A DNA stretch of 47,184 bases from Minisyncoccota bacterium. Its GTDB lineage: Bacteria > Patescibacteriota > Minisyncoccia > Phycocordibacterales > CAIRYW01. The stretch spans positions 1 to 47,184 of the forward strand of contig JBAYHV010000002.1 in the NCBI GenBank assembly GCA_041665985.1, in the 5' to 3' direction. Every line of letters begins with the position of its first letter. Position 1 is the stretch's first letter. The notes beneath the pieces are model-generated. The model had not been told where the DNA came from and ran no database searches. It was given only the letters and a program-made list of their open reading frames with translations. Below are positions 10,737 through 20,024 of this stretch, piece after piece. A program made the position numbers and the translations under genes.

Positions 10737-11381
10737 TTGTTTATTATGAATTTTGGAATCGCACTTACACTTGTAGTAATTTTTGGATACATCAGCAACG
10801 CTCTTAATTGGCGTTTTTTAAATTACAAAATAACTCATTTTTTATATTATGTTGGAGCCGTTGTTCACGAAAGTTCTCACGCAATTCTTTGCATTCTAAC
10901 TGGAGCAGAAATTTCTGAATTTAAAGTATTTTCAAATGAACCGCACGTCACGCACAGCAAATCAAAGATCCCTGTAATTGGAATGTTTTTGATCGCTTCT
11001 GCTCCTATATATGGAGGATTATTTTTTCTTTATGTGATCAATCATTATTGGCTTGGAAATTATTTCACTATCTCCCCCATTAAGAACAACTGGCAAAACA
11101 CTCTTCTAGAACCTATTAGGATCCTAAAGCAAATAAATATTTTACAATGGCAAAGCTGGGTAATGATCTTTCTTTTTTTAAATATTGGAGCAATGATCGG
11201 ACCATCCTTTCAAGATCTAAAAAATATTTGGCCAGTAGTCCTCTTAATGTTTTTAGTGAAGTCTTATTACATTGCAGATATCTGCATAATTGCCTTGAGT
11301 TTGATCTTAGTAAACATTGCTATTCAGCTCTGTCTCATTCTCCTTTTATCAATTTTTTCTTGGATAAAAAAACTTTTTTAA
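10737..11381 (+). CDS. Polytopic membrane protein with HExxH motif (possible M50B-like metalloprotease)
   Basis: 214 aa with several TM segments and VVHESSHAILCILTG (H-E-x-x-H). The start may be the ATG at 10746. Confidence 0.55.
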   Translation: MFIMNFGIALTLVVIFGYISNALNWRFLNYKITHFLYYVGAVVHESSHAILCILTGAEISEFKVFSNEPHVTHSKSKIPVIGMFLIASAPIYGGLFFLYVINHYWLGNYFTISPIKNNWQNTLLEPIRILKQINILQWQSWVMIFLFLNIGAMIGPSFQDLKNIWPVVLLMFLVKSYYIADICIIALSLILVNIAIQLCLILLLSIFSWIKKLF

Positions 11382-11437
11382 ATTAAATATTTAATTTAGA
11401 TCAAATATTTAAGAATCAAACATTGATCATTTTTACA

Positions 11438-11475
11438 ATTCATCATTATTACGCGACCGCGTAATAATGATGAAT
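11438..11475. repeat. Perfect 18-bp-arm palindrome
   Basis: ATTCATCATTATTACGCG ac CGCGTAATAATGATGAAT, between convergent genes. Confidence 0.8.
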
Positions 11476-11562
11476 CACAAAAAAACTTTTTTAAATAATG
11501 AGCTTAATATTAAATGAAACAATTAATTATCTTTATCTCTCTGTCATTTCCGCTATCTTTTT

Positions 11563-11632
11563 GTCATTCCCGCGCAGGCGGGAATCCAGTGTTTCAAATT
11601 TAATCCTAGATTCCCGCCTGCGCGGGAATGAC
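11563..11632. repeat. Two inverted copies of a 24-nt GC-rich hairpin unit (ATTCCC-N8-GGGAAT type)
   Basis: GTCATTCCCGCGCAGGCGGGAATC (11563-11586) and its exact reverse complement (11609-11632). Each unit is itself a hairpin (ATTCCCGC GCAG GCGGGAAT). There is a degenerate partial copy at about 11542. Confidence 0.85.
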
Positions 11633-11655
11633 AACAAAAAAATCAGAAAACTTTT

Positions 11656-11979
11656 TTAATCATCCCTGCCAAAGAAGCCTCCATCTTCATCATCTCCTCC
11701 TTTTCTTACTTGAGTATGCGTCGCAGAAAATATTACAGGACTAGGAATAGTATTTTTTATACTAGGGGTATTTTCTGTTGGTGCTGAAACTGCACTAGGC
11801 TCTACGGGTGTTTGAACAGATGCTTGATTTGCATCCACTGTATTTACAACAGGAGTTTGTTGTATCGTTCCCAAATTTAAACTATCTGGTTTCTTCACTC
11901 CAGAAGAAATAGCAATAAGTCCTATTACAGCAAGAGAACTCAAAACAAATATAATATTTTCTCTTAAAAAATTCATCAT
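11656..11979 (-). CDS. Small membrane-anchored or secreted hypothetical protein
   Basis: 107 aa with an N-terminal hydrophobic segment, a P/T/S/V-rich region and an acidic tail. Confidence 0.5.
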   Translation of the reverse strand: MMNFLRENIIFVLSSLAVIGLIAISSGVKKPDSLNLGTIQQTPVVNTVDANQASVQTPVEPSAVSAPTENTPSIKNTIPSPVIFSATHTQVRKGGDDEDGGFFGRDD

Positions 11980-11982
11980 AGT

Positions 11983-13488
11983 TTATTTAATTGTATTACA
12001 AGAAGAAAGAATAAGCAGAGCTGCTTGGCCATTGGTAAAAAATTGATCTCCTGAAAAATTACTTCCCAATACAGGAGAAACAAATGGAATAATTTTTCCT
12101 TCAGAAACAACTCCAGTATTCGTCATATCAGAAACAAAGATATCTCGTTCTGTATCAATGTCTGGAGCAATTGTATGCGTAATTCCCCATTTAAGCCCAG
12201 TATCCAAAGAGATCGTTCCCACAAACACCGTACCCAAAGGAGTCTCGTAATTTGTTTTCCAAAAACGGGCGTGATGGCGGGCTCTGACCGAATTTCTATC
12301 AGTCTGTTTTTCAAAACCGTAATCATTTGGTTCTGCATTATAAAATGACGGAGTCATCGGTGCTGTTGGATATGGCTGATTTAATATTGCTGTTTTTGCC
12401 AAACGTTCTGTTGAACTCAAAGATATTCCTTCAGCCAGGTCCCAATTAGCATGAGCCATACTTTGTACAAAACATGATTCAGGAGAAATAACTATCAAAT
12501 TTATTGGTTCCTGCGTTGTACCAGTAATTGTTTCTGTAAAACGAGGAAGTTTTTTATTATCGAACAAAGACAAAACATCTTCTGTATTTATTTTAGTGAC
12601 TGTTAGCGGTTTATTTTTATTAAGAGGAGGATTAGCAACATGATAAAGGATCGAGACCAAAACTATAGTTACAAATAATACAGTCAATATCTGATAGATC
12701 TTAACTTTATTTGGATGCAACTCACGCCTGCTTGAAATTAACCATTCTGTAATTCCAATTGATAAGATCAAAACAGAAAAACCCAAAAGATTGCCCGCAA
12801 ACACATCGCTCAAATAATGCACGCCAAGATAAAGACGGCTCAGATCAATTAAAGAAATAATTAATACCAAAGCAGAAATTGTTACAATTCTTATTTTTAA
12901 AGATCTATAATTTCTAATAATAAGATAAGCCAAAAAACCATAAAAAAGAACTACTGCAACAGCGTGTCCGCTTGGAAATGAAAAAGAGTCTTCTGTTATT
13001 GCTCTAAGAAAAAGATCAGGTCGCTGTCTTTGAAAAATATTTTTACCGAATAAAGCCAAACCCTCTCCAAGCACAAGTGCAAATCCTAAAGTAAATATAT
13101 AGACTCTCTGTCTATTAATTAGCAAAAGAATGCCGATGACTACAGTGAGAGCAATAATGATCACCGGCTCTGCAAACAAAGTTACATAATAAAAAAAACG
13201 AAGAAGAGTGGCGCTGCGAATTACATACAAAAGATTAGCAATTCTGGCATCAAGTAATATAAGAGGATCATGCTCTAAATAATCTTCAATTATTCCAAAT
13301 AAAAAATAAATAACAAAAAGAAACGCGGCCGAAAAAATAGTTACCGTTAAGCCCGTAAACTTTTTTGTAGATAACCTTTCTATAAGCTGACGGTGTATTT
13401 TTGGGTGTTTTCCAAGCCACTTTTTTACAGCAGGCAGGCCAAGAATTTTTTTACTCAAATAATTAAATATCTTTATTAGATTTTCCAC
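11983..13488 (-). CDS. PAP2-family phosphatase fused to a C-terminal LssY-like domain
   Basis: 501 aa and polytopic. PAP2 motifs are KNIFQRQRP, PSGHA and SRLYLGVHYLSDV. The C-terminal 200 aa form a soluble domain resembling LssY_C. Confidence 0.75.
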   Translation of the reverse strand: MENLIKIFNYLSKKILGLPAVKKWLGKHPKIHRQLIERLSTKKFTGLTVTIFSAAFLFVIYFLFGIIEDYLEHDPLILLDARIANLLYVIRSATLLRFFYYVTLFAEPVIIIALTVVIGILLLINRQRVYIFTLGFALVLGEGLALFGKNIFQRQRPDLFLRAITEDSFSFPSGHAVAVVLFYGFLAYLIIRNYRSLKIRIVTISALVLIISLIDLSRLYLGVHYLSDVFAGNLLGFSVLILSIGITEWLISSRRELHPNKVKIYQILTVLFVTIVLVSILYHVANPPLNKNKPLTVTKINTEDVLSLFDNKKLPRFTETITGTTQEPINLIVISPESCFVQSMAHANWDLAEGISLSSTERLAKTAILNQPYPTAPMTPSFYNAEPNDYGFEKQTDRNSVRARHHARFWKTNYETPLGTVFVGTISLDTGLKWGITHTIAPDIDTERDIFVSDMTNTGVVSEGKIIPFVSPVLGSNFSGDQFFTNGQAALLILSSCNTIK

Positions 13489-13528
13489 ACTCTAAGTTTA
13501 TCAAATGACCCCAATCGAAGCTATCGAT

Positions 13529-14194
13529 CTAATACCCTTTGTTTTTAGAAATATTATCTGCAACACTTTTGTTAACCACTGTTACTTTGTCAGTAAACAC
13601 TACAAGTCTTTTGGGATAACTCCTTGCTATTTTATTCCAAGTACCATTACAAGTAATAAGATTTAAATGGGATTTTCCATCACTTGAAGCAAAAATATCT
13701 GAAGCATCTGCTTTTGAATCATAAGCCTTTGAACCAGTCACTATAAAAGTAGTGACTGTACCTTTTCCATCATCAACATATATTTTATCCCCTTTCTTTA
13801 GCTTATTTATATTATCAAACACTGAAACCTCTCCGCTCTTCCAAGGACCAAAATGCCCTACTATAACAGCACTTCCTTCTTCTCCTGGGATTGGTCCAAG
13901 ATTGAACCATGCTGCATCAGATGGATTTTTTGGCACATCAACCGCCCCTTGAGAAGTAAGCCCGACTGACTCTAGTGAACTATTAACATTTATTTTTGGA
14001 ATTTTTAGTCGTGAAGAAAGAACAGGAATTGATTGATATTTTTTTACTAAGGAAACTCTATTTTGAGCGAGTACAGCGCCTTCTACTTCTGATGGATCCT
14101 TTAGAACAAATTGAAAAAGAAGACCAAAGGAAAGTAAAAGACCTGTGAATGTTGCAACTAATATTTTTTGCTTTGCTGAAATTTTTAATTGCAT
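13529..14194 (-). CDS. Sortase family transpeptidase
   Basis: 221 aa with a TM anchor, catalytic His context AVIVGH and Cys context LNLITCNG (TLxTC-like). Confidence 0.85.
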   Translation of the reverse strand: MQLKISAKQKILVATFTGLLLSFGLLFQFVLKDPSEVEGAVLAQNRVSLVKKYQSIPVLSSRLKIPKINVNSSLESVGLTSQGAVDVPKNPSDAAWFNLGPIPGEEGSAVIVGHFGPWKSGEVSVFDNINKLKKGDKIYVDDGKGTVTTFIVTGSKAYDSKADASDIFASSDGKSHLNLITCNGTWNKIARSYPKRLVVFTDKVTVVNKSVADNISKNKGY

Positions 14195-14234
14195 TTTTTA
14201 TTTTTTGTAATTTATAATAAGATCAAAAAAATAA

Positions 14235-14642
14235 TTACGCTTTACAAACAGGAGCACTTTCACCAACTGCTTCATCTAGTGTATCTAGATCAGCATCTGC
14301 CTTTGTTTTGTGAATTCGTCCATCAATGTGATTAGGAGGAGCGTAAACAGTATAAATTTTTAGATCTTGTTTACCTGTGTTTATAAAGTTATGTTTCGTT
14401 CCAGGTACCACGACTACAACATCTCCAGGACCAACTGGAAATTTCTCATCATTCAGAGTACCAACACCTGTTCCCGAAAGAAAGAAAAGTGTTTGTTCTG
14501 TATATTTATGAATTTCTTCTCCAACTTCTCCTCCTGGTGGAATACTCATTACAACAAGCTGACTCTTCAAACCTGTAAATAAAACTTTTCGAAAATTTGT
14601 ATTTTCCGCAGTATCCTTGATTATGTTTGTGTGATAACTCAT
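14235..14642 (-). CDS. Cupin-domain protein (paralog of 20375..20782)
   Basis: The track ORF runs to 14834 and overlaps the upstream gene by 77 nt. ATG at 14642 gives 135 aa, the same length as the paralog. Shared motifs: NTNFRKVLFTG/NTDFRKVLYTG and GDVVVVVPGTKHNFINTG/GDAVVVPSGAQHNVINTS. Confidence 0.8.
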   Translation of the reverse strand: MSYHTNIIKDTAENTNFRKVLFTGLKSQLVVMSIPPGGEVGEEIHKYTEQTLFFLSGTGVGTLNDEKFPVGPGDVVVVVPGTKHNFINTGKQDLKIYTVYAPPNHIDGRIHKTKADADLDTLDEAVGESAPVCKA

Positions 14643-14757
14643 TTTATTTTTTGTTAGATCAAAAGTAAGCTCTGGAGTGAATTTCAAATATAAAATACAC
14701 ATAGTTAAGGCAATAACTAAGCCTGAGAGAACAACAATTACCAACTTCGTAGATCTA

Positions 14758-16329
14758 CTAGACAATTTTATTTTTTTTAACAAAGTAAAAATAAGAAAGA
14801 AATAAAACTGACAAACCACCAACAATTGCAGCAAAAGATCCTAAAATATTTTGCTCTTCCTCTGGTGCAAATCCTGTATTAGGAAGACCAGGAACTGTTA
14901 CGCGAACTGTTGCAACGGCAGATGAAGTGGCAACTTGGTGATAAGAATCATCACTATAACCAGTTGCAACTGCAGTATTTGTTGTAGTTTTTGAAAGTTT
15001 AGTTGTACAACTAAATTTCCAGTTTTCGTTTATATCAAGTTTTCCATCATTGTTTAGGTCACCAGAAAGATATTTAATTGTTGCGCATTTATCATCAGTT
15101 ACAGTTACGTTAGCTAAAGCCTGTTGTTTCCCAACATTCCAAACAGTGTAATTGTAAACAACTGAATTATTTCCAACAGGCAATGTTTGTGGAGTTGGAA
15201 CCTTAGTAATACCTATTTGAGGCAGAGTTCTGCTAACAAAACTTGGTGAACCTCCAACATAACCATGACCGCTTGCAACATAAGGTGGAGTATAAGTGTT
15301 TGTAACCGTACAAATTACGCTACCTCCTGAAGGAATAGATAAATTACCGACACTATCACAATCTGTGCCATAACTTGCTTTATAAGAAGAAACGGGGTCT
15401 TCACTAACTACATAATTACCGGCAGAAAGAAAATAAAATGTTCCAGGAGTTGTAGTTCCGGCTGCAGGACTTCCTGCAACATCAGTACCAGAAAGTTTTA
15501 GGTGAATAGAAAAATTAGAAGGAACAGCAGTTCCTCCAACGACATTTTTAATAATGTGAACTGAACCAGGAGCAGGTACACCGCAAGAAGGTACTGCAAT
15601 GGTGTTTGTATCAGCTGTAACAGTTGAACCAAATGCCAATAATTTTCCTAAAATATTTGCAAAATGTCCTAATGTAATACTTAATCCCGCTGCATCACCA
15701 CGGAAAATATTTCCCACAAAAGTTGGAGTTGTTGTTGCAATAGGGTTAGATCCAATTGTTGTTGCTCCTACAGGGATCCAAAATACATCACATGCTGATG
15801 CTCCGTTTATCAATATAACAGAAGTACTAGCTTGTGTTGTAAGTGCACCGTTCGCTTTAAAAATATAAGTTCCAGCTCCATCAAGAGTCACAACTGTATT
15901 TGTAGTTATATTCATTGCACCTCCACTGCTGTAACAACCTGGATTGTAAACTCCAGTCACGTGTCCTGGTGCATTATCTAGATTAACAGCGCCTCCACCG
16001 AGAGAATTACAACTAGCAATAACTTGAGCATTAAGATTTGCTAAAGCAGAATTTTGATCTAATCCAGTTTGAGGTGGAGCAGGAGTAAAGGTTGTACCAG
16101 TAACAGTATCCGATCCAGAGCCAGACAATGTTGTATATCCAACATTTCCTGTAATACCAGTTACCCCAACATTACGAGTAAAAGTATCAGAGAGAATCGC
16201 AAACGGATCTGCAGTTCCAAGAGAAGGTGATGTTGCAGCAAGAGCACCAAGAGGTAAGGTTAAGGCTACAACAAAAGCAACGACGAGCGTAATTCCTATA
16301 AAATTTCTATTAAATATGTTTTTTCTCAT
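14758..16329 (-). CDS. Sortase-anchored surface protein: DUF3494 (ice-binding-like) domain, Ig/prealbumin-like domains, LPNTG sorting signal
   Basis: 523 aa with a signal peptide and a DUF3494-type N-terminus (LGTADPFAILSDTFTRNVGVTGITGNVGY). The C-terminus is LPNTG, then a hydrophobic stretch and a KKNK tail. Confidence 0.85.
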   Translation of the reverse strand: MRKNIFNRNFIGITLVVAFVVALTLPLGALAATSPSLGTADPFAILSDTFTRNVGVTGITGNVGYTTLSGSGSDTVTGTTFTPAPPQTGLDQNSALANLNAQVIASCNSLGGGAVNLDNAPGHVTGVYNPGCYSSGGAMNITTNTVVTLDGAGTYIFKANGALTTQASTSVILINGASACDVFWIPVGATTIGSNPIATTTPTFVGNIFRGDAAGLSITLGHFANILGKLLAFGSTVTADTNTIAVPSCGVPAPGSVHIIKNVVGGTAVPSNFSIHLKLSGTDVAGSPAAGTTTPGTFYFLSAGNYVVSEDPVSSYKASYGTDCDSVGNLSIPSGGSVICTVTNTYTPPYVASGHGYVGGSPSFVSRTLPQIGITKVPTPQTLPVGNNSVVYNYTVWNVGKQQALANVTVTDDKCATIKYLSGDLNNDGKLDINENWKFSCTTKLSKTTTNTAVATGYSDDSYHQVATSSAVATVRVTVPGLPNTGFAPEEEQNILGSFAAIVGGLSVLFLSYFYFVKKNKIV

Positions 16330-16347
16330 AATATTTTCTATTAATTA

Positions 16348-17436
16348 TTAATAATTTGATCTAAAATAATTTCGAGTGATCGGTCCAAAACTTCCAGCAG
16401 GAGTAATTCCTACACTTGCTTGAAATTCAGCCAATGCTTTTTTAGTTAATTCTCCAAAGAAAAGTGTTGTACCATTTTTACCGAGAGCCAATGCTGCAGG
16501 ACCTTTATTTTGTGAAATTAAAAACTCTTGAAGAATTTTTACATTATTTCCTCGACTGCCTTTTACAAGACCAACAACGATCGCTTTTACTTTCTGGCCA
16601 AAATTGTTAGAAGGAATGTTTGCTTGTGCATTATTTGAGTTTGCAGAAACTGAAGAGCTAGGATTATTTCCACTATTTGAAGATGAATTTGTTGATACAG
16701 GAGTTACAATCGGTGTCACAACTACTGGAGCAGAATAAGAAACTGAAGGAAAATTAACAGAACTTGCATCTAATGTAACTGCAGTTTGAGCCAATGCTCT
16801 ACCGTTCAAAACTGCACCAGTGTTCAAAACAATAGCAGTTTGATCCAAAATATTTCCATTAAAAGTAGCTGTCGTACCGATAGTTGTTTTTCCTCCTACT
16901 ACCCAAAAAACATTGCCTGCTTGAGCTCCTCCACTAAGAATAATTTTTGTAGCAGAACTAATATCAAGATTTTGCGCGATTTGAAAGATCCAAACATCAT
17001 TAGCTCCACCAGACAAAGTAACGTCTGTTGGGATAGTTACATTAGTTCCCCATTTATATAATCCCGGAGCTAAAGTTAATCCGCCAATATTTCCTGCTCC
17101 AAGTTCTGTTGCTGTAGGATTTGTTCTTCCTTGAGCATTAGTGTAAGCAGTTTCCATATCACTAACTGCAGTTGTTATATTTGAGGGAGTTGGGTCAGCA
17201 TATCCTGGTGCATAAACCTTTCCTGTTACTAATGCTGATGTTGAAAATGCACTTCCAGCAGAAAGATTCAGTGCAAATCCAGTAATATAAGTTGCTGAAG
17301 CAGGACTAACTCCAATATCTCCTACAACATTCGTTGTTCCAGTAGTTGAAATTCCCGATTTTGCTAAAATTGTAAAATTACCTGCGGATCCAAGATCAAC
17401 AGGTGCCGGACCGGCTGCAAGTGCAGTAATGGGCAA
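16348..17436 (-). CDS. DUF3494 (ice-binding-like) protein with C-terminal peptidoglycan-binding-like domain; 5' end disrupted by a frameshift
   Basis: 362 aa from a TTG start. N-terminus is DLGSAGNFTILAKSGISTTGTTNVVGDIGVSP. The C-terminus (ILQEFLISQNKG...LTKKALAEFQASVGITPAG) is PG_binding_1-like. A signal peptide is obtained only if the ATG at 17503 is joined by removing one base from the G9 tract. Confidence 0.8.
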   Translation of the reverse strand: MPITALAAGPAPVDLGSAGNFTILAKSGISTTGTTNVVGDIGVSPASATYITGFALNLSAGSAFSTSALVTGKVYAPGYADPTPSNITTAVSDMETAYTNAQGRTNPTATELGAGNIGGLTLAPGLYKWGTNVTIPTDVTLSGGANDVWIFQIAQNLDISSATKIILSGGAQAGNVFWVVGGKTTIGTTATFNGNILDQTAIVLNTGAVLNGRALAQTAVTLDASSVNFPSVSYSAPVVVTPIVTPVSTNSSSNSGNNPSSSVSANSNNAQANIPSNNFGQKVKAIVVGLVKGSRGNNVKILQEFLISQNKGPAALALGKNGTTLFFGELTKKALAEFQASVGITPAGSFGPITRNYFRSNY

Positions 17437-17478
17437 AGCAAGACTAAGTATAAAAAAAGAAAATACTTTAGCTAATAC

Positions 17479-17487
17479 GGGGGGGGG
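17479..17487. repeat. Homopolymeric G9 (C9 on the coding strand) inside the 5' end of the DUF3494 gene
   Basis: acGGGGGGGGGtttt read directly. ATG 17503 and the ORF 16348..17436 differ by one frame across this tract. Confidence 0.85.
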
Positions 17488-17638
17488 TTTTATTATTTTT
17501 CATTATATTTTTTTTAGTAATCTATTAATGAACTAGTAATTTAATCGGCATAATAAATTTTAAAATGAATTACCCGAGAGTTTTTACAGAGAACTTATCG
17601 CTCTATCTGCATTACCATTACATAGCTACATTATATCA

Positions 17639-18073
17639 CTAAAAAATGAAAATTTTGTAAATAAAGTTATAAACACCCTCTTTTGCCGTATTTTCAACTT
17701 TAGTTCTGATCTCTTTGTAATCAAATTTATACTCATATTTTTTTCCAAAAAGACTTGAGGATTCCTCAATAGTTCCAACGCGAGCGCCACTCGTTGTATT
17801 GTATGTTTCAGCCTTAAAACCAAACCCAGTGGACATTTCGTCGCCGAATCCTCCAACTCCAGAAGAAAATCCAGAACCTAATTCTTTAAGCATTTCTGAA
17901 AAAATCAGCGTTTTAGAATTTTCTTCTATTTTTATTAAAGCCTTGTACGTTAACTTCCTTTTTGCAAGAAAAAATTTTCTCTCGGCAATGGTCAAAGAAA
18001 ATTCAAAGATATCATTTTTCTCTTTCCATTCCCCTTTATAACTTTCTAAAGCTTTTTTTATTTCTTCGATCAT
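17639..18073 (-). CDS. Hypothetical protein
   Basis: 144-aa ORF in an operon-like series with the next two genes. No family recognised. Confidence 0.5.
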   Translation of the reverse strand: MIEEIKKALESYKGEWKEKNDIFEFSLTIAERKFFLAKRKLTYKALIKIEENSKTLIFSEMLKELGSGFSSGVGGFGDEMSTGFGFKAETYNTTSGARVGTIEESSSLFGKKYEYKFDYKEIRTKVENTAKEGVYNFIYKIFIF

Positions 18074-18078
18074 TTTAA

Positions 18079-18528
18079 TTACTTACCCAAATTAGCCACT
18101 TTGATCTTCTTCGCAAAAGTACTGTCGTTATTTTTTTTGCTTCTCCAATCAGAAATGTCTTGGGCTGAAGCTTCATACAAAGTAGTGTCTGCATCATTTA
18201 CTGTATAAATTACTCTTACTTTTTCTACACCTTTATTTAAATTAAGGTCTAAATAACCAAAGATATAAGCTGCTCCGTTTGAAAGCTTTTCTTTTGTTAC
18301 ATTATCTGGAGTTTTTACTCTTACTTCTAAAACATTGCCCGAAACTTCAGAAACCCTCACATTTTGCAAACCAAGTTCATTTTCCATTTTCATAGACAGA
18401 TCCACCAATGAAAGTTGGTCATTTTTGACTTCCTCTTTTTTTGAAAAAAACCCAAAACTAATTCCAACTAACACAACAGCTAAAACTGAAAGGATAATTC
18501 TTTTATTCTTCTGCCAAATCGTTTTCAT
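18079..18528 (-). CDS. Membrane-anchored hypothetical protein
   Basis: 149 aa with an N-terminal TM segment (ILSVLAVVLVGISFGFF). Confidence 0.55.
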   Translation of the reverse strand: MKTIWQKNKRIILSVLAVVLVGISFGFFSKKEEVKNDQLSLVDLSMKMENELGLQNVRVSEVSGNVLEVRVKTPDNVTKEKLSNGAAYIFGYLDLNLNKGVEKVRVIYTVNDADTTLYEASAQDISDWRSKKNNDSTFAKKIKVANLGK

Positions 18529-18538
18529 AGATTTTATT

Positions 18539-19396
18539 TTAATTAAAGATATTAATAGTTCCTGCTCCTTGTTCCCTAACTGGTTTTTCTGGCACAGCCA
18601 AATATTTTGCTTTCCAATCAGTTGGATAATTATCCTGAAGTTTTTTCTTTAAATCTCTTATCTGGGCAGTAAAACCTGAAACGTTAGCTGTAGCTGCATT
18701 AAAAGCGGTGGCACCAGTAGTATCATCAAAGGCATTGTTATCAACAGGTTGTTTCCAGTAAGCTTTGTATTCGGCCGATTGATTTTCAAATTTAAAAGTT
18801 TTAGTAGATTCCAAAACTCTCACATGAGTAAAACCAAGTAATTTTTCCGCTTCTACGATTTGTAATTTAATATTTTTATCTTCTTGAATTTTGATCTTAA
18901 ACTCATCTTTATTTGCTCCGTCTTTAAATAAACTTTTTACTTCAGCTTCCTTGAGGCTTTGCTCCCAAGCTTTTAATTTTTCTTGAAAAACAGCTTCAGT
19001 CGCACCAACTTTTATATTATTAAATAATGTTGGATTACTTAGAGTAACTTCTCCATCACTACTTATATTTTTATAGTTATCAACTGAAGGTTCAAAACTT
19101 TCTTTTAGAGTTGAAGTACTTGAAACGGGCTCTAGAATTGCTTTTGTTTCAGCTGGTTTTTCAGGAGTATTTGAAACTGATGCATCAGCTGGTTTTCGGT
19201 CTTTACACAAACCATTGTAATCTCTGACAAATGGCTCAACACATCTACACGAACCACCACCCTTAACTGGATCCCAATATTCATTAGGCGCAATGTGTTT
19301 TTCACACTCCTCTTTTTGCCCAGCAAAAACTAAAGTTGGTAAATATAAAATAGAAACTAACAAGACCATTACTCCCAAAATTTTTTTCATACTCAT
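18539..19396 (-). CDS. Secreted hypothetical protein with a Cys-rich N-terminal module
   Basis: 285 aa with a signal peptide (ILGVMVLLVSILYLPTLVFAG) and six Cys in the first 70 residues. Confidence 0.6.
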   Translation of the reverse strand: MSMKKILGVMVLLVSILYLPTLVFAGQKEECEKHIAPNEYWDPVKGGGSCRCVEPFVRDYNGLCKDRKPADASVSNTPEKPAETKAILEPVSSTSTLKESFEPSVDNYKNISSDGEVTLSNPTLFNNIKVGATEAVFQEKLKAWEQSLKEAEVKSLFKDGANKDEFKIKIQEDKNIKLQIVEAEKLLGFTHVRVLESTKTFKFENQSAEYKAYWKQPVDNNAFDDTTGATAFNAATANVSGFTAQIRDLKKKLQDNYPTDWKAKYLAVPEKPVREQGAGTINIFN

Positions 19397-19485
19397 AGAT
19401 TTAGAATATTCTTCTAATATTAACTATTTAAGAGTACAACTTTTTTAAATGTATGCAAACAGAGAACTTAACCAATAACCATCCT

Positions 19486-19926
19486 CTACTTTTGATTCTG
19501 AAGATAATTTACAATTATTTTTCTTGCACCAGAATTGAAACCGCTATATTCTCCGTTATTTATATATTCATCTTTTGACACCCATCGCCACTCTGAAAAT
19601 TTTTCAGGCTCCATAAGAATATAATCTTGTTTTGTAGTACAAAAAAACATCGGGACAATATCCCCTTCCTTTGCTCCAGCCACTTCTCCAATAAAATCCA
19701 CAATTTCAAATTCGGTAATTCCAACTTCTTCTTGAACTTCTCTTTTAAGAGTATCGTAAAGTGTTTCTCCAAGATCAGACCTACCGCCAGGAGTAGTCCA
19801 AACAGAAATTTTTTTCCATTTATCAGGCGTGTAATGCCTATATCCAGTCAATATTTTTCCATCTCGCATCATTACTGCGATCGGACATTTTTTCTCATCT
19901 CCCATTTCTTTGAGTTTTGTTTCCAT
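19486..19926 (-). CDS. NUDIX hydrolase
   Basis: 146 aa with Nudix box GGRSDLGETLYDTLKREVQEEVGI (G-x5-E-x7-REUxEExGU). Confidence 0.9.
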   Translation of the reverse strand: METKLKEMGDEKKCPIAVMMRDGKILTGYRHYTPDKWKKISVWTTPGGRSDLGETLYDTLKREVQEEVGITEFEIVDFIGEVAGAKEGDIVPMFFCTTKQDYILMEPEKFSEWRWVSKDEYINNGEYSGFNSGARKIIVNYLQNQK

Positions 19927-19992
19927 TTCTTAATTGTAACAAAATTTTTTCCGTCATGTATAGTTTAGGATTAAATTAAAAAATTATTTAGC

Positions 19993-20024
19993 AAAAAAAA
20001 CGCGACTTAGTAAACTAAGTCGCG
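19993..20024 (-). terminator. Rho-independent terminator
   Basis: CGCGACTTAG TAAA CTAAGTCGCG with an A8 run on the plus strand (U-run on the minus transcript), at the 3' end of 20015..20287. Confidence 0.75.

Noticed and set aside
14643-14834. N-terminal 64-aa extension of the cupin ORF with a TM-like segment
   Set aside because: It overlaps the 3' end of the LPNTG protein gene by 77 nt. The internal ATG gives exactly the paralog length (135 aa).
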